A stretch of DNA of 64,000 nucleotides from Alphaproteobacteria bacterium. GTDB taxonomy: Bacteria > Pseudomonadota > Alphaproteobacteria > Bin95. Positions 43,401-53,869 of this stretch are shown one piece after another. The stretch's first letter is position 1. Each line of letters opens with the position of its first letter. A program made the position numbers and the translations under genes. The DNA is taken from positions 832,001 through 896,000 of the forward strand of contig OZ224045.1 of the NCBI GenBank assembly GCA_963665325.3. The letters are read 5' to 3'. The notes under the pieces are model-generated. The model had not been told where the DNA came from. It did no database searches and saw only the letters and a list, made by a program, of their open reading frames with translations.

Positions 43401-44135
43401 CTAAACCGTCTCCGCGATGAGCACGATGCCGGAGAGGCAGAGGAGGGCGGTTACGATGCGCTGGAACAGCAGCGCGTCGATGCGGCGGTAGAGGCGGGCG
43501 CCGGTCCAGGCGGCTGCCAACGCGACCGGCAGGCAGAGCGCGGCGGCTTCGAGCGCGGCCGTGTCCATTGCGCCCGACACCGCCATTGCCGCGGCGGCGA
43601 GCGCCAGCACCACGAGGTTGAACGGCTGATAGACGGCGCGCTGAACGTCCGCGCTGCCGCCCCTGAGGCGGAGCCAGATCACCGGCAGAGGCCCGGACAG
43701 CCCCGCAAAGCCGCCGAGTACGCCGCCGCCGAGCCCGACCGCAGCGTCGGCCGCGCGCGAGGGCGGGGGTCTGGGCAACCGGGCCATCATCGACAGCAGG
43801 GTGTAGGCCACCAGCAGCAGCCCGACGGCAAGCTTGAGCGCCTCGGGCGAGGCGACGGCGAGCACCGCCACACCCAGCGGCACGCCCAGGACGCCGCCAA
43901 TGAGGTAAGGCCCGGCGCGGCGCCGGTCGAAGGCGTGGCGCACGAAGAGCGACGCCACCGCCTGCCCGCCGATGGAGACAAGCGCCACCAGCGGCGGCAC
44001 CGTGCCCGGCTCGAGCGCATGGAACCAGACGCCGGCCGCCACGAGCCCGGTGCCGAAGCCGGCGAGGCCCGTGACGAACCCGCCGGCCAGCGCCCCCAGA
44101 AGCAGAAAAGTCAGCGTCGCGCCGTCAAACTCCAT
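43401..44135 (-). CDS. Sulfite exporter TauE/SafE family membrane protein
   Basis: AGGFVTGLAGFGTGL, GGVLGGFAGLSGP, multiple TM segments. Confidence 0.88.
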   Translation of the reverse strand: MEFDGATLTFLLLGALAGGFVTGLAGFGTGLVAAGVWFHALEPGTVPPLVALVSIGGQAVASLFVRHAFDRRRAGPYLIGGVLGVPLGVAVLAVASPEALKLAVGLLLVAYTLLSMMARLPRPPPSRAADAAVGLGGGVLGGFAGLSGPLPVIWLRLRGGSADVQRAVYQPFNLVVLALAAAAMAVSGAMDTAALEAAALCLPVALAAAWTGARLYRRIDALLFQRIVTALLCLSGIVLIAETV

Positions 44136-44175
44136 GACGGCGCGCCGGCGGAGATGCGGACACGGGCGACCGGCT

Positions 44176-45375
44176 TCAGACGAGCATCGCCATCGCGCTG
44201 GCAATGCGCCGGCCGGCCTCTTGCAGCCGGTCGAGCGGCGCCGCGTAGCTCACCCGGACGTGCGGCGAGAGCCCGTAGGACGCGCCCTGCACGACCGCGA
44301 CATGCGCCTCCTCGACCAGATAGTCCGTGACCGCCGTGTCGTCGTCGAGCCGTTTGCCGGAAGGCGTGCGGCAGCCAATGGCCGAGGCGACCGAGGGATA
44401 GACATACATCGCCCCTTCCGGCGCGTGGCAGGGCAGGCCCGCCTCGTTCAACGCGGCGACCATGAGATCGCGGCGCTCGCGCATGATCTGCCGGCGCTCT
44501 TCGACGATGTCCTTCGGCCCGTCCAGCGCCGCCAGCGCCGCATGCTGCCCGACCGCATTGGGGCAAGAGACGAGCTGGCCCTGGAGCTTCCCCATTTCCC
44601 GGACGATATCGCGCGGGCCGCCGGCAAAGCCCACCCGGAAGCCGGTCATCGAATAGGCCTTGGAGACGCCGTTGATGGTGAGTGTGCGCGGGAACAACTC
44701 CGGGGCCACATTGGCCATCGTGGCAAGCGGGGCGTCCGTGTAGAGCAGGTGCTCGTAGATGTCGTCCGCCATCACATGCACATGGGGGTGGCGCGCCAGC
44801 ACTTCGGCAAGTGCTGTGAGGTCGTTCGCGGAATAGGCGGCGCCCGAGGGGTTGGAGGGCGAGTTGAGCGAGAGCCACTTCGTCTTAGGGCCGATGGTGG
44901 CTTCCAGGTCCTCCGGAAGCAGGCGAAAGCCGTTCTGCTGCGGGCAGGAAACCGGCACCGGCACCCCGCCGGCCAGCCGCACAAGGTCCTCGTATGCGCC
45001 CCAGAAGGGCGTCGGCAGGATCACCTCGTCGCCGGGGCCGAGCGTCGCTAGGAAGGCGCAGGAAATCGCCGCCTTGGCCCCCGTCGTCGCCAGCACCTCG
45101 TCGGCCGCGTATTCGAGGCCGTTCTCGCGGCTGAATTTGCGCCGGATCGCCTCCTTGAACTCGGGGATGCCGTCGCGGTTGGTATAGCCGACGACACCCG
45201 CCGCCATCGCCTTCTCGGCTGCCGCGCGCACATGGTCCGGCGGCGGGAAATCGGGCTGCCCGATGGTGAGGTTGATGACGTCGATGCCGTCCGCTGCCAT
45301 GGCGCGGGCGCGCATTGAGGCATTCTGGCTGGCGGAGGCCTTGAAGCGGCGCATCCTGGGCGCAATGATCGACAT
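44176..45375 (-). CDS. Class I/II PLP aminotransferase (aspartate aminotransferase-like)
   Basis: GQPDF, NSPSNPSG, DDIYE, NGVSKAYSMTGFRVG. Confidence 0.93.
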   Translation of the reverse strand: MSIIAPRMRRFKASASQNASMRARAMAADGIDVINLTIGQPDFPPPDHVRAAAEKAMAAGVVGYTNRDGIPEFKEAIRRKFSRENGLEYAADEVLATTGAKAAISCAFLATLGPGDEVILPTPFWGAYEDLVRLAGGVPVPVSCPQQNGFRLLPEDLEATIGPKTKWLSLNSPSNPSGAAYSANDLTALAEVLARHPHVHVMADDIYEHLLYTDAPLATMANVAPELFPRTLTINGVSKAYSMTGFRVGFAGGPRDIVREMGKLQGQLVSCPNAVGQHAALAALDGPKDIVEERRQIMRERRDLMVAALNEAGLPCHAPEGAMYVYPSVASAIGCRTPSGKRLDDDTAVTDYLVEEAHVAVVQGASYGLSPHVRVSYAAPLDRLQEAGRRIASAMAMLV

Positions 45376-45443
45376 GGGGAAACCTGTCCCTCCCTGGGCC
45401 TCGCGACGGCGCGGGGTTATAGCACCGAAAGGAGCGCCGCCCC

Positions 45444-46412
45444 ATGGCGAGCAACACCCCGCGCAGAATCACCGTCGCCGCAGCCCAGATGGGGCCCATC
45501 GCCCGCGCCGAGCCGCGCAGCCGGGTAGTCGGGCGGCTCGTGGAGATGATGCGGGACGCGCACGGCCGGGGCGCGGGGCTGGTCGTGTTTCCCGAACTCG
45601 CGCTGACGTCCTTCTTCCCGCGCTGGTTCATGGAGGATCCCGCGGAGCTGGACGCCTTCTACGAAGCGGAGATGCCGGGGCCGGAGACGCAGCCGCTGTT
45701 CGACACGGCGGCCGAACTCGGCGTCGGCTTCTATCTCGGCTATGCGGAACTCATCCGCGGAGGCGGGCACGAACGGCGCTTCAACACCGCGATCCTCGTG
45801 GACCGGCAGGGGCACATCGTCGGCAAGTATCGCAAGGTCCATCTGCCGGGCCACAGCGAATACGACCCGAAACGCCCCTGGCAGCATCTGGAGAAGCGCT
45901 ATTTCGAGGTGGGCGACCTCGGCTTCCCGGTCTGGCGGACGATGGGCGGCGTGATGGGCATGGCGCTCTGCAACGACCGCCGCTGGCCGGAGACATTCCG
46001 CGTGATGGGCATGAAGGGCGTCGAGCTGGTGATGCTCGGCTACAACACGCCGGCCGCCAACTCGCTCGGGCCGGAGCCGCACCATGTGCGCATGCTGCAC
46101 AACCATCTATCGATGCAGGCCGGCGCCTACCAGAACGGTTGCTGGGTGGTCGGCGTCGCCAAGGCCGGCCACGAGGAAGGCTGCGACCTGATGGGCGGAA
46201 GCTGCATTATCGCGCCGTCGGGCGAGATTGTGGCCCAGGCGCACACGCTGGAGGACGAGGTGGTCGCCTATGAATGCGACCTGGAGGAAGGCCGCTTCAA
46301 CAAGGAGACGATCTTCAACTTCGCCGCCCACCGGCGCCCGGAGCATTACGGCATCATCACCGCCCAGACGGGCGCGACCGAGCCCGGCGGGGAGGAAGGC
46401 GCCTCGCTGTAG
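45444..46412 (+). CDS. N-carbamoyl-D-amino acid hydrolase (nitrilase superfamily)
   Basis: FPELALT, KYRKVHLPGH, QHLEKRYF, LCNDRRWPE (E-K-C triad). Confidence 0.92.
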   Translation: MASNTPRRITVAAAQMGPIARAEPRSRVVGRLVEMMRDAHGRGAGLVVFPELALTSFFPRWFMEDPAELDAFYEAEMPGPETQPLFDTAAELGVGFYLGYAELIRGGGHERRFNTAILVDRQGHIVGKYRKVHLPGHSEYDPKRPWQHLEKRYFEVGDLGFPVWRTMGGVMGMALCNDRRWPETFRVMGMKGVELVMLGYNTPAANSLGPEPHHVRMLHNHLSMQAGAYQNGCWVVGVAKAGHEEGCDLMGGSCIIAPSGEIVAQAHTLEDEVVAYECDLEEGRFNKETIFNFAAHRRPEHYGIITAQTGATEPGGEEGASL

Positions 46413-46428
46413 CGGCAGAAGCCGGGCC

Positions 46429-47151
46429 ATGCGCGAGACCGAGCTGTATCCGCCCCTGAAGGCGTTTCTCGAAGCGCAGGGCTATGCAGTCAAGGGCGAG
46501 GTCGACGGGTGCGATATTGCAGCGGTGCGCGGAGGCGAGCCGCCCGTCATCGTCGAGATGAAGACCCGGTTCTCGCTGTCGCTGGTTCTTCAGGGCATTC
46601 AGCGGCAGGGTCTTTCCGACCGGGTCTATCTCGCCGTGCCGCCGTTCTCCGGCCGCACGCCCCGCCAGCGCGAGGCGCTCGCGCTCTGCCGCCGGCTGGG
46701 CCTGGGCCTGCTCGCGGTGCGTCCCGAACCCGAACCGGCGGTGGAAGCGCTGCTGGATCCCGCCCCCTATCGCCCGCGCCTGCAAAAGCGCGCGGCCGAA
46801 CGGCTGCTGCGGGAGTTCCAGCGGCGCGTCGGCGACCCCAATGCGGGCGGCTCGACCCGGCGCAAGCTGATGACCGCATACCGGCAGGACGCCTTGCGCT
46901 GCGCCGCCTGCCTGCAGCGCAACGGCCCGACGAAAGCGGCGACGGTCGCCGAGGCTGCAGGCGTGCCCCGGGCCAGGGCGATCATGTATGCCGACCACTA
47001 TGGTTGGTTCGAGCGGCCGGGCGGCGCACCTGCCGGCATCTATGCGCTGACGCCCAAAGGGGCCGATGCGCTCCGCGACCACGCGGACGTTCTGGCCCTG
47101 CTCGAGATCAGCGGGTCCGATGTCCCTGAAGCCGGCCCTCATCGTCGATGA
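46429..47151 (+). CDS. DUF2161 family putative PD-(D/E)xK protein
   Basis: MRETELYPPLK..VKGEVDGCD, IVEMK, GDPNAGG, MTAYRQDAL, YGWFER. Confidence 0.85.
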   Translation: MRETELYPPLKAFLEAQGYAVKGEVDGCDIAAVRGGEPPVIVEMKTRFSLSLVLQGIQRQGLSDRVYLAVPPFSGRTPRQREALALCRRLGLGLLAVRPEPEPAVEALLDPAPYRPRLQKRAAERLLREFQRRVGDPNAGGSTRRKLMTAYRQDALRCAACLQRNGPTKAATVAEAAGVPRARAIMYADHYGWFERPGGAPAGIYALTPKGADALRDHADVLALLEISGSDVPEAGPHRR

Positions 47152-47620
47152 GGACGATGCGCGCCGGCGGGTCGTCTCCCCAGCGCCACATCACCAGGTT
47201 GAGATCGCCGCCGCTGGCCCCGGCGGCGAAGCTTCGGACCTGCATGCCCACATATTCCGCTGCGATCAACCGGTCGGCCAGGGCCTGCGATGCGGGGAGC
47301 GTGCCGGCGAGCATCTCCGCTTCCCAGGAGGGGCATGCCAGGTCGGACTCCAACACGCCCAGCGACCGGTAATCTTCCTCGTCCGTCGCGTCGAAGAGGG
47401 GCTCGGCATCCACCTCGTAGGCGCAGAGCGTCAGCGGCTGCATGGGCCGACCCAGCGGCTCGGCCTCGCGTATGGCGGTCAGCGGCGCCAGCGAGGTGTA
47501 GAGCGCCGGAACGCCGCGCCGGTTGAAACGACCGCCGTGACGCCTTGCGCCTTCGCCGGAGAGCGGCGCCCAGGACCATTGCGGATTGTGCGCCCGGTAA
47601 ACCGGGCCCCGGAAACGCAT
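47108..47620 (-). CDS. RES-domain toxin (NAD+ phosphorylase family)
   Basis: VYRAH, SGEGA..GGRFNR, ALYTS..AIRE, VRSFA, NLV. Confidence 0.9.
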   Translation of the reverse strand: MRFRGPVYRAHNPQWSWAPLSGEGARRHGGRFNRRGVPALYTSLAPLTAIREAEPLGRPMQPLTLCAYEVDAEPLFDATDEEDYRSLGVLESDLACPSWEAEMLAGTLPASQALADRLIAAEYVGMQVRSFAAGASGGDLNLVMWRWGDDPPARIVLIDDEGRLQGHRTR

Positions 47621-47635
47621 CAGGCGCAGGCGGAG

Positions 47636-47986
47636 TCAGGCATAGCCGCCCGCCATGATCCGGTCGAGATAGGCATGCACCCGGTCGGCCTTGCCCTCGC
47701 GCACCAGCAGGTCGGGCGTGGCTCCGCCGAACCCCGGCAGAGGCTCGGCGCGAAACCAGGCATAGGCTGCGAGCAGCGATCCAGTCGCAGCTTCGACACG
47801 ATTCAGGATCTCCAGCATCTGGCGCAACCGGGTCTGCGTCTTGCGCGCCCGGACCCGCGAGGCGCGCGAGAACGCATCCTTGCCGAGCCCCAGCGTGCCG
47901 GCGATCTCGGACCGGGTGGTCCGCAGCGCATCCGCGACAAGCGCCGGGGAAAACGCCCGGTCTTCCATGAATTCGTGAAACTGCAC
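47636..47986 (-). CDS. Xre/MbcA/ParS antitoxin
   Basis: AYAWFRAEPLPGFGGATPDLLV..G..V; directly upstream of the RES gene. Confidence 0.88.
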   Translation of the reverse strand: MQFHEFMEDRAFSPALVADALRTTRSEIAGTLGLGKDAFSRASRVRARKTQTRLRQMLEILNRVEAATGSLLAAYAWFRAEPLPGFGGATPDLLVREGKADRVHAYLDRIMAGGYA

Positions 47987-48065
47987 TGTCGAACCTCGGA
48001 TTCCTTGACGCATTATAGCGACATAAGACCTGTTATTCCAACATGCAGACGAGGTGGGAGTGGCG

Positions 48066-48782
48066 TCAGCGCTCCGGGCCAATGGGCTCGCGACCGTAGC
48101 GGTGCAAACCCGGGCCTTCGGTCCTGAGCCAGCGTTCGGCGGTGTCGGTTTCCGGGCAGAAGCGGCGGCAGAGGCTCCAGAAGCGGGGGCTGTGGTTCAT
48201 TTCGCGGAGATGGGCAACCTCATGCGCGGCCAGATAATCGAGCACGAAGGGCGGGGCCATGACCGCGCGCCAGGAAAAGTTGAGCCGGCCGGCGGCGCTG
48301 GCGCTGCCCCAGCGCGTCTTCTGGTCCCGGATGGCGATGCCGCGCGGCTCGACGCCGAGCGAAGCGGCGTGGCGGGCGACGGCTTCCTCGAAGGCGCGCC
48401 GCGCTTCGTGCCGCAGCCAGGCTTCCACCAGCCGGGCGCATCCGGCCGGGCTCGCCAGCAGGATGCGGTCGTCTTCGAGCCTGAGCGGGTCCCGTAGCGC
48501 TGGATCGAGGCGGATCAGACGCGGTCTGCCGCGAAACGGGACCGTTTCGCCGGGTTCGAACGGCACCAGGGCGGGCGCGTCCCGCAACCGGCCCGCCACC
48601 CAGTCGCCGCGGCTCCGGAGGAACGCGAGGCCCGTCGCCTCGCTCGCGCCCGGCGGCAAGGTCAGCCGCACCTCGCCGCCCCGGATGCTGAGCGAGATGC
48701 GCCGCGCGCGCGGGTTGCGCCGGACGGCGACCCGCAACGCGCGCCCGCCGACCCGGACCTCTCTATAGCGCCCAGTCGACAA
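48066..48782 (-). CDS. YgjP/SprT-like (DUF45, M48) zinc metallopeptidase-like protein
   Basis: [35 protein letters not shown]. Confidence 0.9.
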   Translation of the reverse strand: MSTGRYREVRVGGRALRVAVRRNPRARRISLSIRGGEVRLTLPPGASEATGLAFLRSRGDWVAGRLRDAPALVPFEPGETVPFRGRPRLIRLDPALRDPLRLEDDRILLASPAGCARLVEAWLRHEARRAFEEAVARHAASLGVEPRGIAIRDQKTRWGSASAAGRLNFSWRAVMAPPFVLDYLAAHEVAHLREMNHSPRFWSLCRRFCPETDTAERWLRTEGPGLHRYGREPIGPER

Positions 48783-49203
48783 TATGGCGTTCCAGGTCTT
48801 CCTGTTCGGTTCCGATCTCGTCCTCGGAAATCACCTTGCCGCGCACCGACATCTGGGCCAGGTGCACGGTTTCCGGGTCTCCCGAGACCAGCGGGTGCCA
48901 CCAGTAGAGGTCCTTGCCCTCATGCAGCAGGCGGTAGGCGCAGCTCGACGGCATCCAGGCGATCTCGGCGACATTGCGCGGCGAGAGCTGGATGCAATCC
49001 GGCACGCGGGTCTTGCGGTTGGGGTAGTCGGAGCAGCGGCAGCTTTCGGTGTCGAGCAGCCGGCAGGCGACGCAGGTCGGCTCGATCTCGCCCGTATCCG
49101 CCCATTCGATCTTGAGCAGGCAGCATTTGCCGCAGCCGTCGCAGAGCGACTCCCACTCTTCCGGCGTCATCTCGTCGAGCCGCTTCTCCTGCCAGAAGCT
49201 CAT
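48763..49203 (-). CDS. YcgN-family cysteine cluster protein
   Basis: [31 protein letters not shown]. Confidence 0.93.
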   Translation of the reverse strand: MSFWQEKRLDEMTPEEWESLCDGCGKCCLLKIEWADTGEIEPTCVACRLLDTESCRCSDYPNRKTRVPDCIQLSPRNVAEIAWMPSSCAYRLLHEGKDLYWWHPLVSGDPETVHLAQMSVRGKVISEDEIGTEQEDLERHIVDWAL

Positions 49204-49598
49204 GGCCGCCGTCGGTCCCGCCTGTTGCCCGGTTCTTCCTGGCGTTCATTGCCGGTGAGGCCGAGCGCCCACATTGCGGCCAGCACACCGCCCTTCGCCA
49301 CCGGCAGCAGCACGGCGATCAGCGCGAGTGCCAGCAGCGGCCAGACCGTCGCCTGCAGCCAGAGCGCCGGCGCCCAGGCCTGCTCGGCAAACAGGATGAG
49401 CGGTACGACGACATGGCCCGCAACCAGAAGGGCGATATAGGGCGGGAAGTCGTCGGCCCGGATATGCCCGAGCGCCTCGCCGCAGCCGGCGCAGGCCGCC
49501 ACGGGACGCAGATAGCCGGCGAACAGCGCGCCCCGGCCGCAGGCGGGGCACCGCCGGCGGATACCGTTGCCCAGGGCAGGTCCGAGCGCGCGCGCCAT
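49200..49598 (-). CDS. DUF983 domain membrane protein
   Basis: [31 protein letters not shown]. Confidence 0.88.
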   Translation of the reverse strand: MARALGPALGNGIRRRCPACGRGALFAGYLRPVAACAGCGEALGHIRADDFPPYIALLVAGHVVVPLILFAEQAWAPALWLQATVWPLLALALIAVLLPVAKGGVLAAMWALGLTGNERQEEPGNRRDRRRP

Positions 49599-49751
49599 AC
49601 CCGGCAAACTGGCCCCGTCGGCACTGCGGGTCAAGCGGTGCTTACGGTGGCACAAGCAGGCGGTCGGACGGCCTGCTCCAGCCAGTTCGCCCGGTTCGCG
49701 GCAAGCCAAGTGGAACGGTCGATAGACTGGCGCCATTCGCGGCCGGCGGGC

Positions 49752-50000
49752 CTACTTCAGCCGCCCCCGGACGAGCACGCCGACGATGGTTTCCTCGCCC
49801 AGGGACCGGCAGGCCTCCAGGCGCTGAAGGCCTTCGACCAGCACCAGGCGCTCGCCGTCCTGGCGTAACAGGACCGGCGTGCGCTGGCCCTCTTCCAGCA
49901 TGCTCTCGGCGATCGCCTCGACGGCTGCGGGATCGAGGGTGCGGCGGCGCCTTACCGGAATGTAGATATCGGCGATTCTGAAGACCTGATCTTTCAGCAT
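49752..50000 (-). CDS. Small stand-alone ParB N-terminal-domain protein
   Basis: VEAIAESM..GQRTPV, LVEGLQRLEA. Confidence 0.8.
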   Translation of the reverse strand: MLKDQVFRIADIYIPVRRRRTLDPAAVEAIAESMLEEGQRTPVLLRQDGERLVLVEGLQRLEACRSLGEETIVGVLVRGRLK

Positions 50001-50155
50001 GTCCAAGCCTCTCACGGGCTGGCGCCCCGGGGAAGCGGGAATTCCGCCCGCCTCCGCTATGGATAAGCGGTCCCCGCCGCTCTGTGGAGGCCCGGCATGA
50101 CGGGAGCGCGATCGGACGCGCCGCACGAAACGACACGGACTTCAGAAATGATGCG

Positions 50156-51016
50156 CTATCCGGCGCCCGTCCGCTCGGCAATGGCGACGATGCGGTGCAT
50201 CTCGCGCAGCACCGGCTTCTCGATGAGCTTGCCGTCGATCACCACGAGGCCCGTGTCGGCGGCTTCAAACCCGGCGATAATGCGCCGCGCCCGGGCGATC
50301 CGCTCCGGCGAGGGCGTGAACACTGCGTTGAGCGCCGCGATCTGCCGGGGATGCACCGCGCCCTTGCCCGAAAAGCCCAGATCCCGCGCCTGGATAGCGG
50401 CCCGCTCCATGCCGTCCGGGTCCTCAAGGTCCAGATAGGGCACGTCGATCGCGTCCAGCCCGGCGCTGGCGGCGGCGTGGACGACCCGCGAGCGGGCATA
50501 GAGCAGCGGCTCCCACGCATTCTCGCAGCGCAGTTCGGCTGCCATGTCCACGCCGCCGAAGAACAGGGCGTCGATGCGCGGGCTGCAATGGGCGATGTCA
50601 TAGGCTGCCTCGAGCCCGGCATTGGTCTCGATGATGACGTGCAGGCGGGTTTCGTGGCCGCGCTCGGTCAGCAGGTCGTCGAGCAGCACCACCTCGTCCG
50701 GCGAGCGCACCTTGGGCATCATAAGCCCGGGCGGAGGCGTGTCGGCATCCAGAACGGCCTGCACATCCGCCATGCCGAAGGCCTCGCGCAGCGAGTTGAT
50801 GCGGACGATCCGCTCGATGCCGTCATCGGCCTGCGGGTTCTCGAAGAGCTTCATCGCATTGGCGCGCGCGGCGGGCTTGTCCCTGGGCGCAATCCCGTCC
50901 TCGAGCTCGACGCAGACGATATCCGCCCCGGTCGCGAGCGCCTTCGGATACATCTCGGGGCGCAAGCCCGGCGTAAAGATGAACGACCGGCGGGGGCAGA
51001 CGTTTCGTTCGGGCAT
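50156..51016 (-). CDS. CitE/malyl-CoA lyase family CoA-ester lyase
   Basis: RRSFIFTPG, ELEDG, VRIN, MPKV, IET, GKGAVHPRQI. Confidence 0.9.
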   Translation of the reverse strand: MPERNVCPRRSFIFTPGLRPEMYPKALATGADIVCVELEDGIAPRDKPAARANAMKLFENPQADDGIERIVRINSLREAFGMADVQAVLDADTPPPGLMMPKVRSPDEVVLLDDLLTERGHETRLHVIIETNAGLEAAYDIAHCSPRIDALFFGGVDMAAELRCENAWEPLLYARSRVVHAAASAGLDAIDVPYLDLEDPDGMERAAIQARDLGFSGKGAVHPRQIAALNAVFTPSPERIARARRIIAGFEAADTGLVVIDGKLIEKPVLREMHRIVAIAERTGAG

Positions 51017-51088
51017 GGGGGAAATCTTCTCTATCGGTCGGACCGGCGTAGCAGTCGCCCCGCCTGACCGGCTTGTCAATCGCCCGCT

Positions 51089-51874
51089 TCAGCACATGGC
51101 CTGGAAGGCTCTTCGGTACTCTCCGGGTTCGAGAACGCTCGCGCCGGAGAGCCGCAGCGCTTTGCGCGCGGGCGCGAGCGTCGGGTCTGACAGGGCCGCG
51201 AACAGCCCTTCGCGCAGCTTGCGGACTTCGCCGTCGGATGTCGCGGCGCCGGTCACATATGGCAGGCCCGGCGCTGTCCGCGAGGTCGTCAGGATGCGGG
51301 TGCCTTGCAATTCCCCGCCGAGCCAGTTGGACAACAGTGCGTAGGTAACGCAATCGACCGCACAGGCATCCGCCTCTCCTGCCGCCACGCTGCGGATACT
51401 GGCGCGGTGGGACCCAATCGCCGCGACCTCCCCGAAGAAGGACCGCACATCCTCGCCCGCGGGCAGCAGGTGCCGCCAGACATGGTAGCCGGAGTAGGAA
51501 TCCTCGCCGTTCACGGCCAGCCGGGCGCCGCGCAAGTCATGGACGTTCTCGGCCGGGTCGGCGTCGCGGACGACGACATGCGCAGCATAGCGGGGACCGT
51601 CGCAGCCGGGCGCACCGTAGTGGGGCGTCGCGACAAGCCTTACGTCCGTCGCCAGGCTGTGCACCAGGGGATAGCCGCAGGTCTGGCCGAACAGGAAGCC
51701 GGGCGCGCGCCATTGCCGGTAGCGGTCCTCCGGCCAGGTCAGCAACTCAGGGACGCCGGAAACGCCCTGCGCCCGCAGATGGCCGGCCAAACCGGACCAC
51801 CAGCGCTGCACGGCCGGGCGGAACTCGACTTCGGCATACATCGGCAGGCCGGCGTGACGCATGGCGGCCGTCAT
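51089..51874 (-). CDS. PhnD/SsuA-like substrate-binding protein
   Basis: LPMY, GQTCGYP, AVNGEDSYSG, GSHRAS..VA.GEAD..AVDCVT, PGLPYVT. Confidence 0.8.
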   Translation of the reverse strand: MTAAMRHAGLPMYAEVEFRPAVQRWWSGLAGHLRAQGVSGVPELLTWPEDRYRQWRAPGFLFGQTCGYPLVHSLATDVRLVATPHYGAPGCDGPRYAAHVVVRDADPAENVHDLRGARLAVNGEDSYSGYHVWRHLLPAGEDVRSFFGEVAAIGSHRASIRSVAAGEADACAVDCVTYALLSNWLGGELQGTRILTTSRTAPGLPYVTGAATSDGEVRKLREGLFAALSDPTLAPARKALRLSGASVLEPGEYRRAFQAMC

Positions 51875-52728
51875 CCGCCGCCGCCCGAACCGTTCCGCAA
51901 TCGCGCCAGGAACGACGCGAGCTCGACCGGCTGCACGACGGCGGCGCGAATGAGATCGTCGAAATGCCGGTTCAGCACCGCGATATGCTCGGTCGTGTTG
52001 AACACCAGGTAGAACTGGCCGACATAGAGCGCGGCCCGCTGGTGGCCGAAGATCGTGTAGGGCGCCGAATAGTGCGTCAGGCCGTCGAAGAGATACATGC
52101 GCAGGCCGGGATAGAGCTCGTCCACGACCTCGGCAAGCCGGTCCAGCTGCCGCTGCCGCGCAGGAGCAGCCAGTGTGCGCCATATCCCGCCTCCGCTGGC
52201 GAGGGCCTCCAGCGCCTGCCGGGACAGGCAGATTTCCATGTCCGTCTCCGGCAGCCGGATATGCTCCAGCTTGTCGCGGGAGGCGCTGATGGCGCGGTCC
52301 GGCCCCCTGGTCCGGAAATAGCGGTATTCGTGGTGGAACACCTCTTCGGTCTTGGCGATATCCGGTATCGTGGTCGGCACGTAGCGCATCTTGTATCCGG
52401 CCGCTTCCTCGAACCAGCGCACCAGCATCTCGTCCACCGGCGTCTGCGAGCTCTCGGCGATCTGTAGCGACTCGTGAAGAATGTCGGCTCCCAGCCTTTG
52501 CACATGACTGAGCCCGAGCAGCCAGTCGAGGCTGACCCGAAGTTCCGTCGCGATGGCCGCGACCGTGTCGGCGCGCGGCAGCCGGTCCATGTCGTCGGAG
52601 AGAAGCTGGGCCAGGGTGGAGCGGTCGATGCCGGCCCGGCGCGCGAGCGCCGAACGGGACAATCCCGACTGCGCCAGCATTTCGGTCAGGCGCAGGCGGA
52701 ACAGGCGCGAGACTTCCCTTCTGTCCAT
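51871..52728 (-). CDS. XRE-family HTH transcriptional regulator
   Basis: GLSRSALARRAGIDRSTLAQLL, VSLDWLLG, long C-terminal domain. Confidence 0.88.
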   Translation of the reverse strand: MDRREVSRLFRLRLTEMLAQSGLSRSALARRAGIDRSTLAQLLSDDMDRLPRADTVAAIATELRVSLDWLLGLSHVQRLGADILHESLQIAESSQTPVDEMLVRWFEEAAGYKMRYVPTTIPDIAKTEEVFHHEYRYFRTRGPDRAISASRDKLEHIRLPETDMEICLSRQALEALASGGGIWRTLAAPARQRQLDRLAEVVDELYPGLRMYLFDGLTHYSAPYTIFGHQRAALYVGQFYLVFNTTEHIAVLNRHFDDLIRAAVVQPVELASFLARLRNGSGGGG

Positions 52729-52903
52729 AGAGCCACCGTCGCAGAATCTGTGGGTTTTATGATCAGTCTGTAGAGAAATATCAACATATGTTTGAATTTG
52801 CTGCGCTACGCGACAATGCGTTGCAATTCCCTCATTGCCGGCCCGGGTTCCGGCTGCCTGCAATGGCCGCCTCAGGACATGGCGGCAAGGGGATCCGGTT
52901 TCG

Positions 52904-53869
52904 ATGGCTTGCAAGGGGCGCGGAAATCGGAATCGGGCTGCGCCGTCGCGGCACGGTGGGGAATGGCCGACCTGGGTCGTCGCGGGCGCCATCTACGGCG
53001 GATGGCTCCTGCTCACCTTCCATGCGGCGGCGCTGCCCTGGTGGCTGCTGTTGCCCGCCGGGGCCTTCATCGTCTGCTGGCACGGTTCGCTGCAGCACGA
53101 GGCGGTGCATGGACATCCGACGCGGTCGCCGAACGTCAACCTCGCGCTTGCCTGGCTGCCGCTCGGCCTGTGGATGCCCTACGAGATCTACCGCGACACC
53201 CACCTGCGCCACCATGCCTGCCCGGCCCTGACTGACCCGCTTGAGGACACCGAGTCAAATTTCGTCCGGGAGCGCGACTGGAACAGCATGAGTCGAACCC
53301 GCCGTCTGCTGCTCCGGTTCAACCAGACGCTGTCCGGCCGTCTGGCGCTGGGTCCGACGCTCGCCGCGCTTGCGCTGTGGCGGGCGGAGCTGGGGCGGGT
53401 CCGTTCCGGCGATCTAGCCAATGGCGGCGTCTGGCTGCGCCACGCGCTCGGCGCGGGTCTGGTCCTCGGCTGGGTCGTCCTCGTCTGCGAACTGTCCGTC
53501 GGCGCCTATGTCGCTCTGTTCGCCTATCCGGGCCTGTCGCTGACCCTGCTGCGATCCTACGCCGAACATCATCCCGCCGCCGGGAAGAGCGGGCGGACCG
53601 CCATCGTGCTGGGCGGACCGCTCAGCCGGCTCCTCTACCTCAACAACAACCTCCATGTCGTGCATCACAGCCGCCCGGACCTGCCCTGGCACGCCATCCC
53701 GGCGGCGTTCTCCGCGCGGCGCGGGGACTACACGGCAGAGGCGGGCGGCCTAGTCTATGCAGGCTACCCGACGCTGTTGCGCCGTTTCCTGTTCCGCGCC
53801 CGGCGCCACCCGGTCCACCCCGACCACCGGCTCGCGGATATTCGAGGGTCGCGGCCCGTCACCCTTTAG
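52904..53869 (+). CDS. Fatty acid desaturase-family membrane di-iron enzyme
   Basis: EWPT, QHEAVHGHP, HLRHH, RSYAEH, NNNLHVVHH His boxes. Confidence 0.88.
   Translation: MACKGRGNRNRAAPSRHGGEWPTWVVAGAIYGGWLLLTFHAAALPWWLLLPAGAFIVCWHGSLQHEAVHGHPTRSPNVNLALAWLPLGLWMPYEIYRDTHLRHHACPALTDPLEDTESNFVRERDWNSMSRTRRLLLRFNQTLSGRLALGPTLAALALWRAELGRVRSGDLANGGVWLRHALGAGLVLGWVVLVCELSVGAYVALFAYPGLSLTLLRSYAEHHPAAGKSGRTAIVLGGPLSRLLYLNNNLHVVHHSRPDLPWHAIPAAFSARRGDYTAEAGGLVYAGYPTLLRRFLFRARRHPVHPDHRLADIRGSRPVTL

Noticed and set aside
49600-49750. Possible small RNA between the DUF983 and ParB-like genes
   Set aside because: Only a weak hairpin (GCAGGC..GCCTGC) and no recognisable family motif.
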